Positions 9,304 to 18,714 are shown, counted from the stretch's first letter. The stretch: DNA of 64,000 nucleotides from Microgenomates group bacterium Gr01-1014_16 (GCA_007376345.1 VMGA01000002.1:8309-72308), one strand, 5' to 3'. The notes: a model not told the origin generated them from the letters alone. Numbers and translations are program-made.

Positions 9304-9966
9304 TTACTCGCAAATTATCATGAGATTGGCGAAGCTGCGGACGAGTTCTGTTTTGGAAAAATGATTTCCGACTAATTTTACAAACTCCTGGGCGCTGGTT
9401 TTGTTTGCAGAATTATAAAATAGCCGGTTAAAAATTACTAATTGACCTAATTGTTCTAATTGATCTAAAAATTCGGGTTGCGAAGTAAACGCCGGAATTT
9501 TGTCGCCAATATATAAATCGACCAGAATATAGTCAAAGTGATCTTTAGCGTTTAGCGTATAGCGTTTAGCGTCCAGCTGAATTATTTCTAAATTTGGGAT
9601 TTTGTCCAAATCAAAATATTTTTTTCCGATGTCGATCATGACGGGGTCGATTTCCACGCCGACCAATCGGGACGGAGTAAATTTTTGGGAAATTTGGCGA
9701 ACTACAGTTCCACCTGCCAGTCCTAAAACAAGCCAAGATTTGCCGGGGGAGGGTTTGATTTTTTTGAAAACAGGGAGCCAAAGCTTGTTGACAATGCCAC
9801 CGCTTTGGGTAACTTCGGCCACGTCGGTGTGGATATAGCGGGAACCAAAACCGTCTTTGACAATTATCCTGCCATTGAACCGGGAAGGGATTGTCGCCAA
9901 AATTTGGGGAACAAAATACTTTTTAAATTTGGCCTGAAGTTGGGATATGATTGGCACATATGGCAT
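9304..9966 (-). CDS. Spermidine-synthase-like class I SAM-dependent methyltransferase-fold protein
   Basis: WLVLGLAGGTVVRQI...VGVEIDPVMIDIGKKYF...FDYILVDLY matches the spermidine synthase fold. The start is placed at MPYVPIIS (9966). The longer ORF extending to 10161 has a low-complexity N-terminus and overlaps the divergent gene. Confidence 0.45.
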   Translation of the reverse strand: MPYVPIISQLQAKFKKYFVPQILATIPSRFNGRIIVKDGFGSRYIHTDVAEVTQSGGIVNKLWLPVFKKIKPSPGKSWLVLGLAGGTVVRQISQKFTPSRLVGVEIDPVMIDIGKKYFDLDKIPNLEIIQLDAKRYTLNAKDHFDYILVDLYIGDKIPAFTSQPEFLDQLEQLGQLVIFNRLFYNSANKTSAQEFVKLVGNHFSKTELVRSFANLMIICE

Positions 9967-10853
9967 TTTGGAGTGGATGGGGCAAACAGTCAAGCTGGCC
10001 GGATGGGTCGGCGCCGGTAAAACTGGAAATCGGGCTGGATATCCGGCATTGTCAGGAGTGGGCGGAATATACGAGAAAAATCGGATGGATCGTGGAAAAG
10101 ATTTCAGGGACTGAGTTTCAAATTTTTGTGAGAAAGTTCGGAATTTTCGGATCTGTAGCAAAGATTCAGAGAGTCCGACTGCCGTTGCCTTGGGGAGAAT
10201 TAAATAAAATGTTAAAAAAATACCGGGTGTTCTTTACGATAATTGAGCCAATGAATGGGAATTTTGACGAATTAAAGAACGCGGGTTTTAAAAAAGAAAA
10301 AGACGCGTTTCGAGCGACAAAGACTACCAGAATTGATTTAAGCGGAGATGTGTTGGCAAAATTTAAACGGGCCAGGTCTTGGATTAATAAATTGGCTGGA
10401 GAAAAGCATAAAATCGAAATCGGGAAAGCGGACAAATTCTTTGAGATTTGGAAAAAGGCGACAAAAATCCAACATCTTTGGTCGTCAAATAAAGCCCACT
10501 ATGACGCGCTGGTAAATAGTTTTGGGAAGTCAGCGTTTACAGTAACGGTCGATGACATGTGCGGGTGTCTGGTTTTGACGTACGACGGTGTGGCTTATTA
10601 CTATTACGGAGCGGCGCTACCGGATGCTAAGAGGAAAAGTTTACCGTATTTATATGTTTGGGAGGCCATGAAGGAGGCCAAAAAAAGAGGGGCAAAAATC
10701 TGGGACTGGGAAGGAGTGTATGATCCTAGATATCCGAATAGAGGCTGGAAAGGCTTTACGCAATTTAAAAAAACATTCGGGGGGGAAGAGGTATGGTTCC
10801 CGGGGACTTTCGGCAAAAGAACTATCGGTAACTTTTGGCCTGGAGGTTTTTGA
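9960..10853 (+). CDS. FemAB-family protein (peptidoglycan interpeptide-bridge aminoacyltransferase-like)
   Basis: C-terminal VAYYYYGAALPDAKRKSLPYLYVWEAMKEAKKRGAKIWDWEGV...FKKTFGG resembles the FemAB C-terminus yY.ygga...k...ylL.weai..a...G...yDfgG...FK..FG. The ATG is at 9960; the track extends to a TTG at 9951. The exact start is uncertain because it overlaps the divergent upstream gene by 7 nt. Confidence 0.45.
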   Translation: MAFWSGWGKQSSWPDGSAPVKLEIGLDIRHCQEWAEYTRKIGWIVEKISGTEFQIFVRKFGIFGSVAKIQRVRLPLPWGELNKMLKKYRVFFTIIEPMNGNFDELKNAGFKKEKDAFRATKTTRIDLSGDVLAKFKRARSWINKLAGEKHKIEIGKADKFFEIWKKATKIQHLWSSNKAHYDALVNSFGKSAFTVTVDDMCGCLVLTYDGVAYYYYGAALPDAKRKSLPYLYVWEAMKEAKKRGAKIWDWEGVYDPRYPNRGWKGFTQFKKTFGGEEVWFPGTFGKRTIGNFWPGGF

Positions 10854-11451
10854 AACTTTCTTGAAGAGCAAGGAGTATTAATTTTTCCAGCTTAGAATTA
10901 TCTCCAGAGTCCGCCTGCTGCATGGCGTGGATATATTTTCGCCGGTCATTACTTGTTCCTGCTTTAATTTCGATAGGTGGTAGGTTCATTGTTAAACAAA
11001 TGAAGGAGGTAAGCATTCTCGCTGTTCGGCCGTTGTAGTCGTTGAAGGGATGGGTATAAACGAAACGGTGTTGAAACCAGGTCAATAAATTGGTTAGTTC
11101 TTCCAGAAAACTTTCTTCGTCTAAGCTAGGTAAATGTTTTATTCTCTCCTGAAGGTCTAGACATAGGTCAGCTACCAATTGGGGAACTTGATAATGTGGC
11201 GGGGCTTCTTTGCCGGAATATTCAACCTGGATAGTCCTGAACTTCCCTGCCCATTTCGGAAATATCCAACCAAAGGCTTCTTTATGGAGAGATAAAATAA
11301 GAACTGAGGTAATTTTTGCTTTTTTTGTTTTTGAAATTGAATATAGAAACTTAATTCCCTTTTTGATTCCCTTTATTTCAAGTTTTACTAACTGGGAGCG
11401 GGGAATTATTCCAAAAGATGTTTCTTTGTATGAAGTTTCGCCAGTTTTCAT
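10822..11451 (-). CDS. Fic family protein, short form without an SxxxEG inhibitory motif
   Basis: HPFNDYNGRTARML (nt 11026-11052) matches the Fic core. The protein is 209 aa. The C-terminal LQAKSYR is encoded by a 22-nt sequence that is repeated at the ABC transporter 3' end. Confidence 0.7.
   Translation of the reverse strand: MKTGETSYKETSFGIIPRSQLVKLEIKGIKKGIKFLYSISKTKKAKITSVLILSLHKEAFGWIFPKWAGKFRTIQVEYSGKEAPPHYQVPQLVADLCLDLQERIKHLPSLDEESFLEELTNLLTWFQHRFVYTHPFNDYNGRTARMLTSFICLTMNLPPIEIKAGTSNDRRKYIHAMQQADSGDNSKLEKLILLALQESFKNLQAKSYR
10825..10846. repeat. Direct repeat copy 1, tcggtaacttttggcctggagg. Its partner is at 11610-11631
   Basis: 21 of 22 nt are identical between the copies. Copy 1 encodes the FemAB-like C-terminus (GNFWPGGF) on plus and the Fic C-terminus (LQAKSYR) on minus. 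Copy 2 encodes the ABC transporter C-terminus (LQAKSYQ) on minus. Confidence 0.8.
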
Positions 11452-11606
11452 TTAATCAGAGTTGTTACCATTTTCCTAGTCACTGGTTCGTTCTCCAACC
11501 TCATAGTCCGATAAATCATTTCCGGTAAAAAACCTTTAAAATACCCTGCTATATCTGATTTTTTAAATTTAATATTTATTTTTTTACGTTTCATAAATTT
11601 ATTATA

Positions 11607-13400
11607 TCATTGGTAACTTTTGGCCTGGAGGGTGAAGAGTTCAGAATAAGTGCCTTTTTGCTTCATCAACTGTTCGTGCGAGCCGGATTCTGAAACCGTT
11701 CCATTTTCTAATACCAAAATCCGATCGGCCTTGCGAACGGTGGAGAAACGGTGGGAGACGAGCATTAATATTTGGTCACGAGTAATTTTGAGGACGTTTT
11801 CAAATATTTCCTCTTCGGCCTTAGGGTCAACATTACTGGTGGGTTCGTCCAGTATCATTATGTTGGACTTTCTGAACATTGTCCGAGCCAACCCAATGCG
11901 TTGTTTTTGTCCCCCCGAAGGGTCAACGCCATGTTCCAGCTCTTTATTTAAAGGCGTTTCGTACTTTAAGGGCAAGGTTTCGATGTAAGCATCAATTTCA
12001 GCAAGTTTAGCTGCCTGTTTGACTTCACTTAAATTATTGACTCGAGAGAGATCTGAAAAAGCTATACTTTCGCGAGCTGAAAGGGGAAAGAGATGAAAAT
12101 CTTGTTGCAAGACTGAAATTTTGTGCCAGAGTTTTTGTAAATTATATTCGTGGACGGGGAGTCCGTTGATCAATATTTGTCCCTTTTGTGGAGAATGGAG
12201 ACCTAATAACAGTTTGAGCAGAGTGGTTTTTCCAGCGCCGTTTTCCCCGACTATAGCGACGTTGTCTGTGGGATTTATCGATAAAGAGACATCCTTCAAA
12301 ACCCAGTCGGTACTGGTGGGATATTTGAAAAATACATGATCGAAAACTATACCGGTGTGTAATTTGTCCGGGAGAATCTTTGTACCGGAGGATAATTTGG
12401 GGACGAGATCCATAAACCAGGTGAAGTCTTGGACAAACAGATAGTTTTCATAAACTACAGCTATGTTTTGGACAACCATATTGAATCCATTTGTTAAAGT
12501 GTTGGCAGCTTGATACAGCATCTGTGCACTACCTAAAGTGATCCTCCCAATTAGAGCAAGAATAAAGAAATAAGAATTAAGACCAATTACCAACAAAGTC
12601 AGAGGAACATCAGTAAATGTGCGCCACTTGACACGGCGGAAACGCAAAGCACGATTGATTTCTTCGACTTTCTCCTGAAGAGCATTCAATTTGGCGGTGA
12701 CATAATTTGCCGTATCATATAATTTGTTTTCATATATTTGCCGCGTGTCGGTGATAAGCCAACTGATCCAACCCCAAATGCGATATTCTTTATTGAGTGA
12801 ATCGCGATCACGATATTCGAGCTTGGCAAGCCGACCACTTACAAACGCCTCTGGAAGACTCGCTGCAATAATCACAAGAGTGATGAGCGGATTGAATGTA
12901 AAAAGAGGAATCGCACCAGAAATAATTGTAAAGATAGCGTTGGGGAAATCGGATAAAGGCGAGAGCATTCCCCAGACGCGCTGATTAGACTCGCGGGAAA
13001 CTTTTTTGTATTTGTCCTGAAAGACCGGTGATTCGATTGTGGGTATGTCTAGAGTGTTGAGTTTTACCCCCAACATGATTTCGATTTTGTTACTAATTTG
13101 ACTGGTCAGAAGATTGGTAACTGCATTTTGATAACGACTTAAAAAACTGCGGGCAAATTCAATTCCGGCTCGAAGGATTGCAATCCAAATGATCGTTCTG
13201 GCCACAACTTCCCAGTTTGGATGACCGATTGAAGATATAACCAAATCAAGCAGAATTTTATTGATGTATAAGATCGGCAGATTGGTAAGTCCCCAAAACG
13301 CGCTGATTATAGTAAGAAGAACCAGATATGACGGGTTGACTCGGTAAGCTAAAGCTAAAATACGGCGATATGTGAGAAAAAATCTCTTAAATGAATCCAT
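11607..13400 (-). CDS. ABC transporter, fused permease and ATP-binding protein (MsbA-like type I exporter)
   Basis: A 597-aa ORF with an N-terminal 6-TM domain, Walker A GENGAGKTTL, signature LSGGQKQRIGLAR and Walker B ILDEPTS. Confidence 0.85.
   Translation of the reverse strand: MDSFKRFFLTYRRILALAYRVNPSYLVLLTIISAFWGLTNLPILYINKILLDLVISSIGHPNWEVVARTIIWIAILRAGIEFARSFLSRYQNAVTNLLTSQISNKIEIMLGVKLNTLDIPTIESPVFQDKYKKVSRESNQRVWGMLSPLSDFPNAIFTIISGAIPLFTFNPLITLVIIAASLPEAFVSGRLAKLEYRDRDSLNKEYRIWGWISWLITDTRQIYENKLYDTANYVTAKLNALQEKVEEINRALRFRRVKWRTFTDVPLTLLVIGLNSYFFILALIGRITLGSAQMLYQAANTLTNGFNMVVQNIAVVYENYLFVQDFTWFMDLVPKLSSGTKILPDKLHTGIVFDHVFFKYPTSTDWVLKDVSLSINPTDNVAIVGENGAGKTTLLKLLLGLHSPQKGQILINGLPVHEYNLQKLWHKISVLQQDFHLFPLSARESIAFSDLSRVNNLSEVKQAAKLAEIDAYIETLPLKYETPLNKELEHGVDPSGGQKQRIGLARTMFRKSNIMILDEPTSNVDPKAEEEIFENVLKITRDQILMLVSHRFSTVRKADRILVLENGTVSESGSHEQLMKQKGTYSELFTLQAKSYQ
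11610..11631. repeat. Direct repeat copy 2, ttggtaacttttggcctggagg
   Basis: See copy 1. The two copies flank the Fic gene and its 155-bp AT-rich upstream region. Confidence 0.8.
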
Positions 13401-13402
13401 GA

Positions 13403-14584
13403 TTATATTCTAGACTCTGGGGGTGATTTTGTCTTTGCCCATGTAGGGGCGGTTCTGGAAGTGGCAACGGCGGTGCCGTTTAACATGTGTATAAACTCGA
13501 TTTCGCCGGTTTTGCGCTTGAATTTAATGTTTAAATTTCTAGCCTGATAATCGGTACAATTGGAAGTAGATGTGACCTCGCCGTAATCATCTCTCGTTGG
13601 CATCCAGGCCTCGATATCAAATTTGCGGGCGGCCATGGCGCCCAAATCCCCGGTACACATTTCCAAAACTCTGTACGGCAGGCCAAGATTTTGATAGATT
13701 TTTTCTTCCATGTCCAAAATGTGGAGATGCATTTTTTCGGACTCTTCCGGCAGGCAGTAGATAAACATTTCGGCCTTGGTAAATTCGTGGACGCGATAAA
13801 GACCTTTGGAATATTTGCCATAAGCCCCGGCTTCCTGGCGGAAACAGTGTGAATAACCGATGTATTTAATAGGAAGTTTATCTTGCGGAATTATTTCATC
13901 GGCGTGTTTGCCGGCCAGAGTCACTTCGGCTGTGGCAATTAGTCCTAAATCTTCGTCTTGAATAGTGTATGTCTGGGCTTCGCTGCCCTTGGGTGCGTAG
14001 CCGGTGCCAAGATAATATCTGGCTTTGGCAAGATCAGGAGTAATAACCGGAAGAAAGCCTTCTTTGGATAAGAGGTCAAACGCATAGCGAACCAGAGCTA
14101 ATTCTAATAAAGCCCCGTCGCCATAAAGAAAATAAAATTGCGACCCAGAAACTTTAGCGCCGGTGGGAAAATCTAATATTTTTAATTTTTCGCCCAGCTC
14201 TAAATGATCAAGTGGCTTGAAATCAAATTTTCTGGGTTCACCCCATTTACGAACTTCGACGTTATCTTTTTCAGATTTGCCCGTGGGCGCTAGGGGGGAT
14301 GGCATGTTTGGTATTTGCAAGAGGAGCGCTTGCGAAGCTAATTCGGCAGCTGATAGCTGGGGTTCTAGTTCTTTGAGCTGGATCTTTATTTTTTTGCCTT
14401 CGTCAATTTGATCTTTGGTTAGCTTGTTGCGGGCTGCATGGAGCGCTTCCACAAGACCAATTAACTCGCGGTGTTTCTTGTCCAGTACGACAACTTCATC
14501 GACTAATTTGGGATCGAGACCTTTGGCGGTAATGCCGGCTTTGACTTTGTCGGGATTGTCTCGAATGAGTTTGATGTCGATCAT
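13403..14584 (-). CDS. serS: Seryl-tRNA synthetase
   Basis: An N-terminal coiled-coil arm (MIDIKLIRDNPDKV) and a class II core (FRQEAGAYGKYSKGLYRVHEFTKAEMF, GTAVATSRT). The start is at the internal MIDIK (14584), which gives an ATGA overlap with the upstream gene. Confidence 0.9.
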   Translation of the reverse strand: MIDIKLIRDNPDKVKAGITAKGLDPKLVDEVVVLDKKHRELIGLVEALHAARNKLTKDQIDEGKKIKIQLKELEPQLSAAELASQALLLQIPNMPSPLAPTGKSEKDNVEVRKWGEPRKFDFKPLDHLELGEKLKILDFPTGAKVSGSQFYFLYGDGALLELALVRYAFDLLSKEGFLPVITPDLAKARYYLGTGYAPKGSEAQTYTIQDEDLGLIATAEVTLAGKHADEIIPQDKLPIKYIGYSHCFRQEAGAYGKYSKGLYRVHEFTKAEMFIYCLPEESEKMHLHILDMEEKIYQNLGLPYRVLEMCTGDLGAMAARKFDIEAWMPTRDDYGEVTSTSNCTDYQARNLNIKFKRKTGEIEFIHMLNGTAVATSRTAPTWAKTKSPPESRI

Positions 14585-15132
14585 AATGAATATTCTATCA
14601 CCGAACAGTTGTCTAGGCGGTGAGACCAAATGTGATCTAAATCCTGACCGGCTAAATAAGTAGCAATTATCTGAATAACGTTTTCGTGGGTAACTACGAC
14701 TGTATTTTTGGCCTTGTCTAAATCAGTCCACCATGAAATGACCCGGGGAGCAGTCTGGCCAGCAAAGTTTTCTCCATTGGGAAATTGGGTTTGAGAGGGA
14801 TGTATTTTCCAGAGAGCGTATTCTTCCGGCCAACGGGCATTTATTTCGGCGTCATTTAGACTGCTCCAATCACCATGATCGGTTTCTTTTAATCTGTCAT
14901 CTTTAGATACGGGGATATTTAATGTACCGCTTATTATTTCAGCAGTTTGGATTGCCCGTTTCAGAGGGCTGGAGAAAATGGCGGATATATTTTCAGTCAG
15001 AAAAGTGGCGGCGATTTTTTGAGCCGAAAGGCGACCCTGATTTGTTAAATCGGTGTCGTACCGTTGGCCTTGAAACTTGCCGGTTAGATTGGCAACTGAT
15101 TGGCCGTGTCTGATTAAATATATTTTTGTCAT
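14581..15132 (-). CDS. Histidine phosphatase family protein (phosphoglycerate-mutase-like)
   Basis: IYLIRHGQSVANL is the RHG motif. The start is placed at MTKIYLIRHG (15132). The longest ORF extends to 15249. Confidence 0.6.
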   Translation of the reverse strand: MTKIYLIRHGQSVANLTGKFQGQRYDTDLTNQGRLSAQKIAATFLTENISAIFSSPLKRAIQTAEIISGTLNIPVSKDDRLKETDHGDWSSLNDAEINARWPEEYALWKIHPSQTQFPNGENFAGQTAPRVISWWTDLDKAKNTVVVTHENVIQIIATYLAGQDLDHIWSHRLDNCSVIEYSL

Positions 15133-15180
15133 ACGATGGTCATACGTGGTCATTCGTGGGCATACAATTGTTTTGGATTT

Positions 15181-15207
15181 AAAAAAAACTCGCCGTTTAT
15201 TGGCGAG
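15181..15207 (-). terminator. Rho-independent terminator, read on the minus strand
   Basis: The stem ctcgcc / ggcgag (15189-15194 and 15202-15207) has a 7-nt loop. On the minus strand it is followed by T8 (A8 at 15181-15188 on plus). Confidence 0.55.
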
Positions 15208-15365
15208 TTGCGGTTTCCCCTTCGACAAGCTCAGGGTAAAAGATGCCACCTCAACTAATACTCAATTTGAAAGCTATTACGGGCTAACCCGGACTGGTTT
15301 TTGACCCCAATCGGCATTGTCCGATGGAATTCGAACTAAAGCGCTTTGGATTATTGTAACATTTC

Positions 15366-15416
15366 GGAAAAAATAAGCAAATTTACAAGTTGATGCGACC
15401 GCATAAACTTGTAAAT
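15366..15416 (-). terminator. AT-rich hairpin immediately after the CYTH gene stop, with a downstream T-run on the minus strand
   Basis: An 11-bp stem atttacaagtt / aacttgtaaat (15381-15391 and 15406-15416) with a 14-nt loop. A T6 lies 9 nt downstream on the minus strand. Confidence 0.35.
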
Positions 15417-15418
15417 GT

Positions 15419-16039
15419 TTATAGGCCTATGGATTTGGATTTAACTCTGCCTTTCTTTGGCAAGTTGGCAAAGGGGTTGTTTTCAAAGGTTAAATTCGAA
15501 GCCAAGGCTAATGTTTTCTTCACCGATAATTGGTAAGTATCAATAAGCATATCCATAGAATTGGAAATTAGATGTTGCGTCCAGTCGAACCCTAATTTTT
15601 CAGATAGTGATTTTATTTTGATTTCTGAATCTGATTCAATCTCACAATAGGTGTCTAAACCCGGCCAGGTATCAATATCTATGTGACAACTGTCAAGTTC
15701 CCAGGATTCTCTCAAGGTTTCTTGATATTTATCAGGTTCTAAATTCACTAGCTTTAATATTTCTACAGCTTTGTCGTAATTACTGATTACAATTTCTATT
15801 TCCTTTTCGTCTTCAATCTTTCCGGTTTTTGAGTGTGATTTGGTGCTCATGGTAATTTTACTACCTTCATCACGAATTCTGAGAAAGCCGCATTTGAATT
15901 CGGGATGAATTACTTGATCGTAAATTACTCTGCGCATTTTTCTTTCCGGCGAGACTAATTTTGCCCCAAGTGAGACTAATTTTCTTTGAAGAGCTAATTT
16001 ATCTACGGGGTAAAATTTGACTTCGAACTCTGTGTCCAT
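15419..16039 (-). CDS. CYTH domain protein (CyaB / thiamine-triphosphatase-like)
   Basis: The N-terminal MDTEFEVKF is the ExExK hallmark of the CYTH domain. The start is placed at the internal MDTEF, directly after the upstream stop. Confidence 0.55.
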   Translation of the reverse strand: MDTEFEVKFYPVDKLALQRKLVSLGAKLVSPERKMRRVIYDQVIHPEFKCGFLRIRDEGSKITMSTKSHSKTGKIEDEKEIEIVISNYDKAVEILKLVNLEPDKYQETLRESWELDSCHIDIDTWPGLDTYCEIESDSEIKIKSLSEKLGFDWTQHLISNSMDMLIDTYQLSVKKTLALASNLTFENNPFANLPKKGRVKSKSIGL

Positions 16040-16040
16040 G

Positions 16041-16604
16041 CTATAAACCGATATCAAGTGCAATTTGTTGCATGGCGGATAAAGAGGTTTGGACGAAGTC
16101 GGAGAGATTGATGCCTAATTCTTTTTCACAATGCATGATGTCTTCGCGCTTGGCGCCGGCGGCAAAACTCTTCTGCGGAAACTTTTTCAGAACTGATTCG
16201 ACGGATAGGTCGGATAAATGTTTGGAAGGAAGAACCAGGGCACAGGCGACGATGAGACCGGTCAGCTCGTCGCAGCAGAACAGCGACCACTGCATTTGGG
16301 TTTTTGGCAGTTTTCCTTCGTGGAACCAGCCATGAGACTCTATGCCTTCTAATAATTCTGTGTCAGTCTCCCCTAGTTCTCGAACCCAATTGGCCATCAT
16401 TTTGGCATGGTTCCTGGAATCGTCTTTGGTAAATTCGTAATCGCCGTCATGCAAAAGCCCGACTATGGCCCATTTATCTTCGTCGGCTTTAAAACATTTC
16501 GCTAAAGCTCGCATGACAACCTCGACGGACAGGCAATGACGAACTAAATTTTTGTTCGTCATCTTGGAATTGAGTAGATCAAAAGCCTGAAGTCTGGTGA
16601 TCAT
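16041..16604 (-). CDS. HD domain phosphohydrolase
   Basis: RHCLSVEVVMRALAK...IVGLLHDGDYE contains the H...HD motif. Confidence 0.6.
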   Translation of the reverse strand: MITRLQAFDLLNSKMTNKNLVRHCLSVEVVMRALAKCFKADEDKWAIVGLLHDGDYEFTKDDSRNHAKMMANWVRELGETDTELLEGIESHGWFHEGKLPKTQMQWSLFCCDELTGLIVACALVLPSKHLSDLSVESVLKKFPQKSFAAGAKREDIMHCEKELGINLSDFVQTSLSAMQQIALDIGL

Positions 16605-18049
16605 AGTCCGTAGATTTCTTTAGTCGTTTCTTCTAATTCAAAGCGGAGCTGGGGGAAAGGGACACCTTCGCGGGCGGTGACGTCTTCCAAAAACCAGAAA
16701 ACGCGCTCGGAGTGACCGTAACCAAAAGTCGGGGGCATGCCGTACTCCAGCATTTCCACATAATCAATGTCCAACCATTGGGCTTCCGCGTCACCGGCGT
16801 CGCGCATGGCTTGCTGTTTTTGGAACCGCTCCAGCTGATCCAGAGCGTCGTTGACCTCGGACCACCCGTTACCCAATTCTGAACCGGCAATAATAGGTTG
16901 GAAACGTTCTACTATATTGGGGTTATCAACGCTGGGTTTTTGTAAAGGAGACAGATATTTGGGATGGTTGATGAGAAAAGCCGGACCGGCAATATCTTTT
17001 CTTAGCTGTTTCCAGAGGGCATCGATGGCTCGGGGAAGATTGGGGACTTTTTCTTTTACTAAGGGCTGAATATCCTTGAGACTGGCCGTATAAATATCGA
17101 CATTAAATTTGTCTTTAAATAGCTTGCCGAAATCAATAATTTCCCATTCTTTGCCAAAATCGACGTCAAAACCGCGGATCTTAAAAAGAGCCTTGTCCCC
17201 ATAAACCGATTTGATGACATGAGCAAATAGATCCTTGATGATTTGCATGCCGTCCTGCCAGTCAGCATAGGCCCAGTAAAATTCCATGGCAATGTGTTCG
17301 GGTAGATGCTCGTCCGAGAGTCCTTCGTTTCTAAACCTGGGGCCGATTTCGTACACTTTTTCATAACCGCCACCAATAAGTCTTTTGAGATAAAGTTCCT
17401 GGGAAATGCGTAAATAAAAATCCTGATCAATGGCATCCATGTGAGTAACAAACGGGTTGGCATCCCCGCCTCCGGGAATGTGTTCTAAAACGGGGATATT
17501 TATTTCCACAAAACCTTTTTTCTTAAAGAATTCACGATGCGCTTCCCAAAATTTGGACCGGCGAAGAAAACGAGAGTAAACGTCAGGGTTGATATTGGTA
17601 TCTAAATAACGGCGGCGAAGCCGGGTTTCTTTGTCCTTTAGCCCGTCCCATTGATCCGGCAGGGGGCGGAGAGCTTTGGCCAGAAGGCGCAGGGAAATAG
17701 ATTCGACGGTAACTTCACCGGACTGAGTTTTCATAACATTGCCGGAAACTTCAATAAAATCACTTGAATCGATAAAACTTAGGTAGTGTTCGTCTTTTAA
17801 TAAAACCTGGATTTTTCCGGATGCGTCTTTGAGATCTAAAAAGGCGATTTGGCCATGAATTCTCATTGCCAAAACGCGTCCAGCGACAACGACCCGTTTG
17901 TTGTGATAGCCGGAATAATCTGAAAGAATGTCGCCGATTTGGGTATCGCGCAGAGATTTGGCCGGATATGGATCGATCCCTAGTTTTTTGATCTGTGCCA
18001 GTTTGGCGATCCGGTTTTGGCGAATTTCGGCGAGACGGGAAGAAGACAT
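16601..18049 (-). CDS. lysS: Lysyl-tRNA synthetase, class II
   Basis: An OB-fold anticodon-binding N-terminus and a class II core (FRNEGLSDEHLPEHIAMEFYWAYAD, GGGYEKVYEIGPRFRNE). It has an ATGA overlap with the downstream gene. Confidence 0.9.
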   Translation of the reverse strand: MSSSRLAEIRQNRIAKLAQIKKLGIDPYPAKSLRDTQIGDILSDYSGYHNKRVVVAGRVLAMRIHGQIAFLDLKDASGKIQVLLKDEHYLSFIDSSDFIEVSGNVMKTQSGEVTVESISLRLLAKALRPLPDQWDGLKDKETRLRRRYLDTNINPDVYSRFLRRSKFWEAHREFFKKKGFVEINIPVLEHIPGGGDANPFVTHMDAIDQDFYLRISQELYLKRLIGGGYEKVYEIGPRFRNEGLSDEHLPEHIAMEFYWAYADWQDGMQIIKDLFAHVIKSVYGDKALFKIRGFDVDFGKEWEIIDFGKLFKDKFNVDIYTASLKDIQPLVKEKVPNLPRAIDALWKQLRKDIAGPAFLINHPKYLSPLQKPSVDNPNIVERFQPIIAGSELGNGWSEVNDALDQLERFQKQQAMRDAGDAEAQWLDIDYVEMLEYGMPPTFGYGHSERVFWFLEDVTAREGVPFPQLRFELEETTKEIYGL

Positions 18050-18058
18050 GGGATTATT

Positions 18059-18517
18059 TTATTCTATTGCGACTATGGTGTACAGGATTTTGCCGGCGGG
18101 AGCGCTGACTTCCACTTTGTCGCCGACTTTTTTGCCCATTAAGGCTTGACCGAGAGGAGAAGAGGGGGAAATTTTCTTTTGGGCGGGGTTGGCTTCCCAC
18201 TCGCCGACGATATGAAAGATCGCCTGGGAAGTGTTGACATGAACGGTGACTTTGTGGCCGACGTCGATAGCATCACTGCCTGACGGCTGGGCTATCTGGG
18301 CGTTTTGGACCAGATTTTCCAGCTCGGAAATGCGGCCGTCGGTAAAGGCCAGCTCTTCTTTGGCGTCCTGGTAATCGTTGTTTTCCGACAAATCACCCAT
18401 GGAACGGGCGACTGACAGACGGTCGACCAAATGGGGACGTTTGACATCCACCAGCTCGGCCAGCTCTTTTTTGAGCTCTTCGAGGCCGATTGCAGTGATT
18501 AACATGGGATTATTCAT
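18059..18517 (-). CDS. greA: Transcription elongation factor GreA
   Basis: LITAIGLEELKKELAELVDVKRP...SMGDLSENNDYQDAKEE matches GreA. The start is at MNNPML (18517) or MLITAIG (18505). Confidence 0.85.
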   Translation of the reverse strand: MNNPMLITAIGLEELKKELAELVDVKRPHLVDRLSVARSMGDLSENNDYQDAKEELAFTDGRISELENLVQNAQIAQPSGSDAIDVGHKVTVHVNTSQAIFHIVGEWEANPAQKKISPSSPLGQALMGKKVGDKVEVSAPAGKILYTIVAIE

Positions 18518-18600
18518 AAGTATCCATGAACAAAAAATGCCTCGCTGGCGCGGGGCGAGAAGAAGCAAAGCTGGGGGTATTTTAGAACTCTAAACCTGGT

Positions 18601-18629
18601 TTGTCAAACGAGGCTAAAACAGGTAAAAT
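18601..18629 (+). promoter_or_regulatory. Sigma70-like promoter for tRNA-Glu
   Basis: TTGTCA (18601-18606), a 17-nt spacer, TAAAAT (18624-18629), then 12 nt to the tRNA 5' end. Confidence 0.5.
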
Positions 18630-18641
18630 GAACCCCATCAA

Positions 18642-18714
18642 GGCTCCATCGTCTAGTGGCCTAGGACATCAGATTCTCATTCTGATAACCCCGGTTCAAA
18701 TCCGGGTGGAGTCA
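18642..18714 (+). tRNA. tRNA-Glu (anticodon CTC)
   Basis: Hand-folded cloverleaf. The acceptor is GGCTCCA / TGGAGTC (one G-U pair). The D-stem is GTCT / GGAC. The anticodon stem is TCAGA / TCTGA with loop TTCTCAT. The T-stem is CCCGG / CCGGG with loop TTCAAAT. The discriminator is A. Length 73 nt; CCA is not encoded. Confidence 0.8.

Noticed and set aside
15136-15170. Near-tandem catacgatggtcatacgtggtcattcgtgggcatac
   Set aside because: It encodes MTTYDHRMTKI at the N-terminus of the histidine phosphatase gene. It is too short and imperfect to call a functional repeat.
15250-15418. 169-bp intergenic region screened for a small RNA or tRNA
   Set aside because: No cloverleaf or conserved ncRNA-like structure was found by eye. 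The two hairpins present are better explained as terminators.
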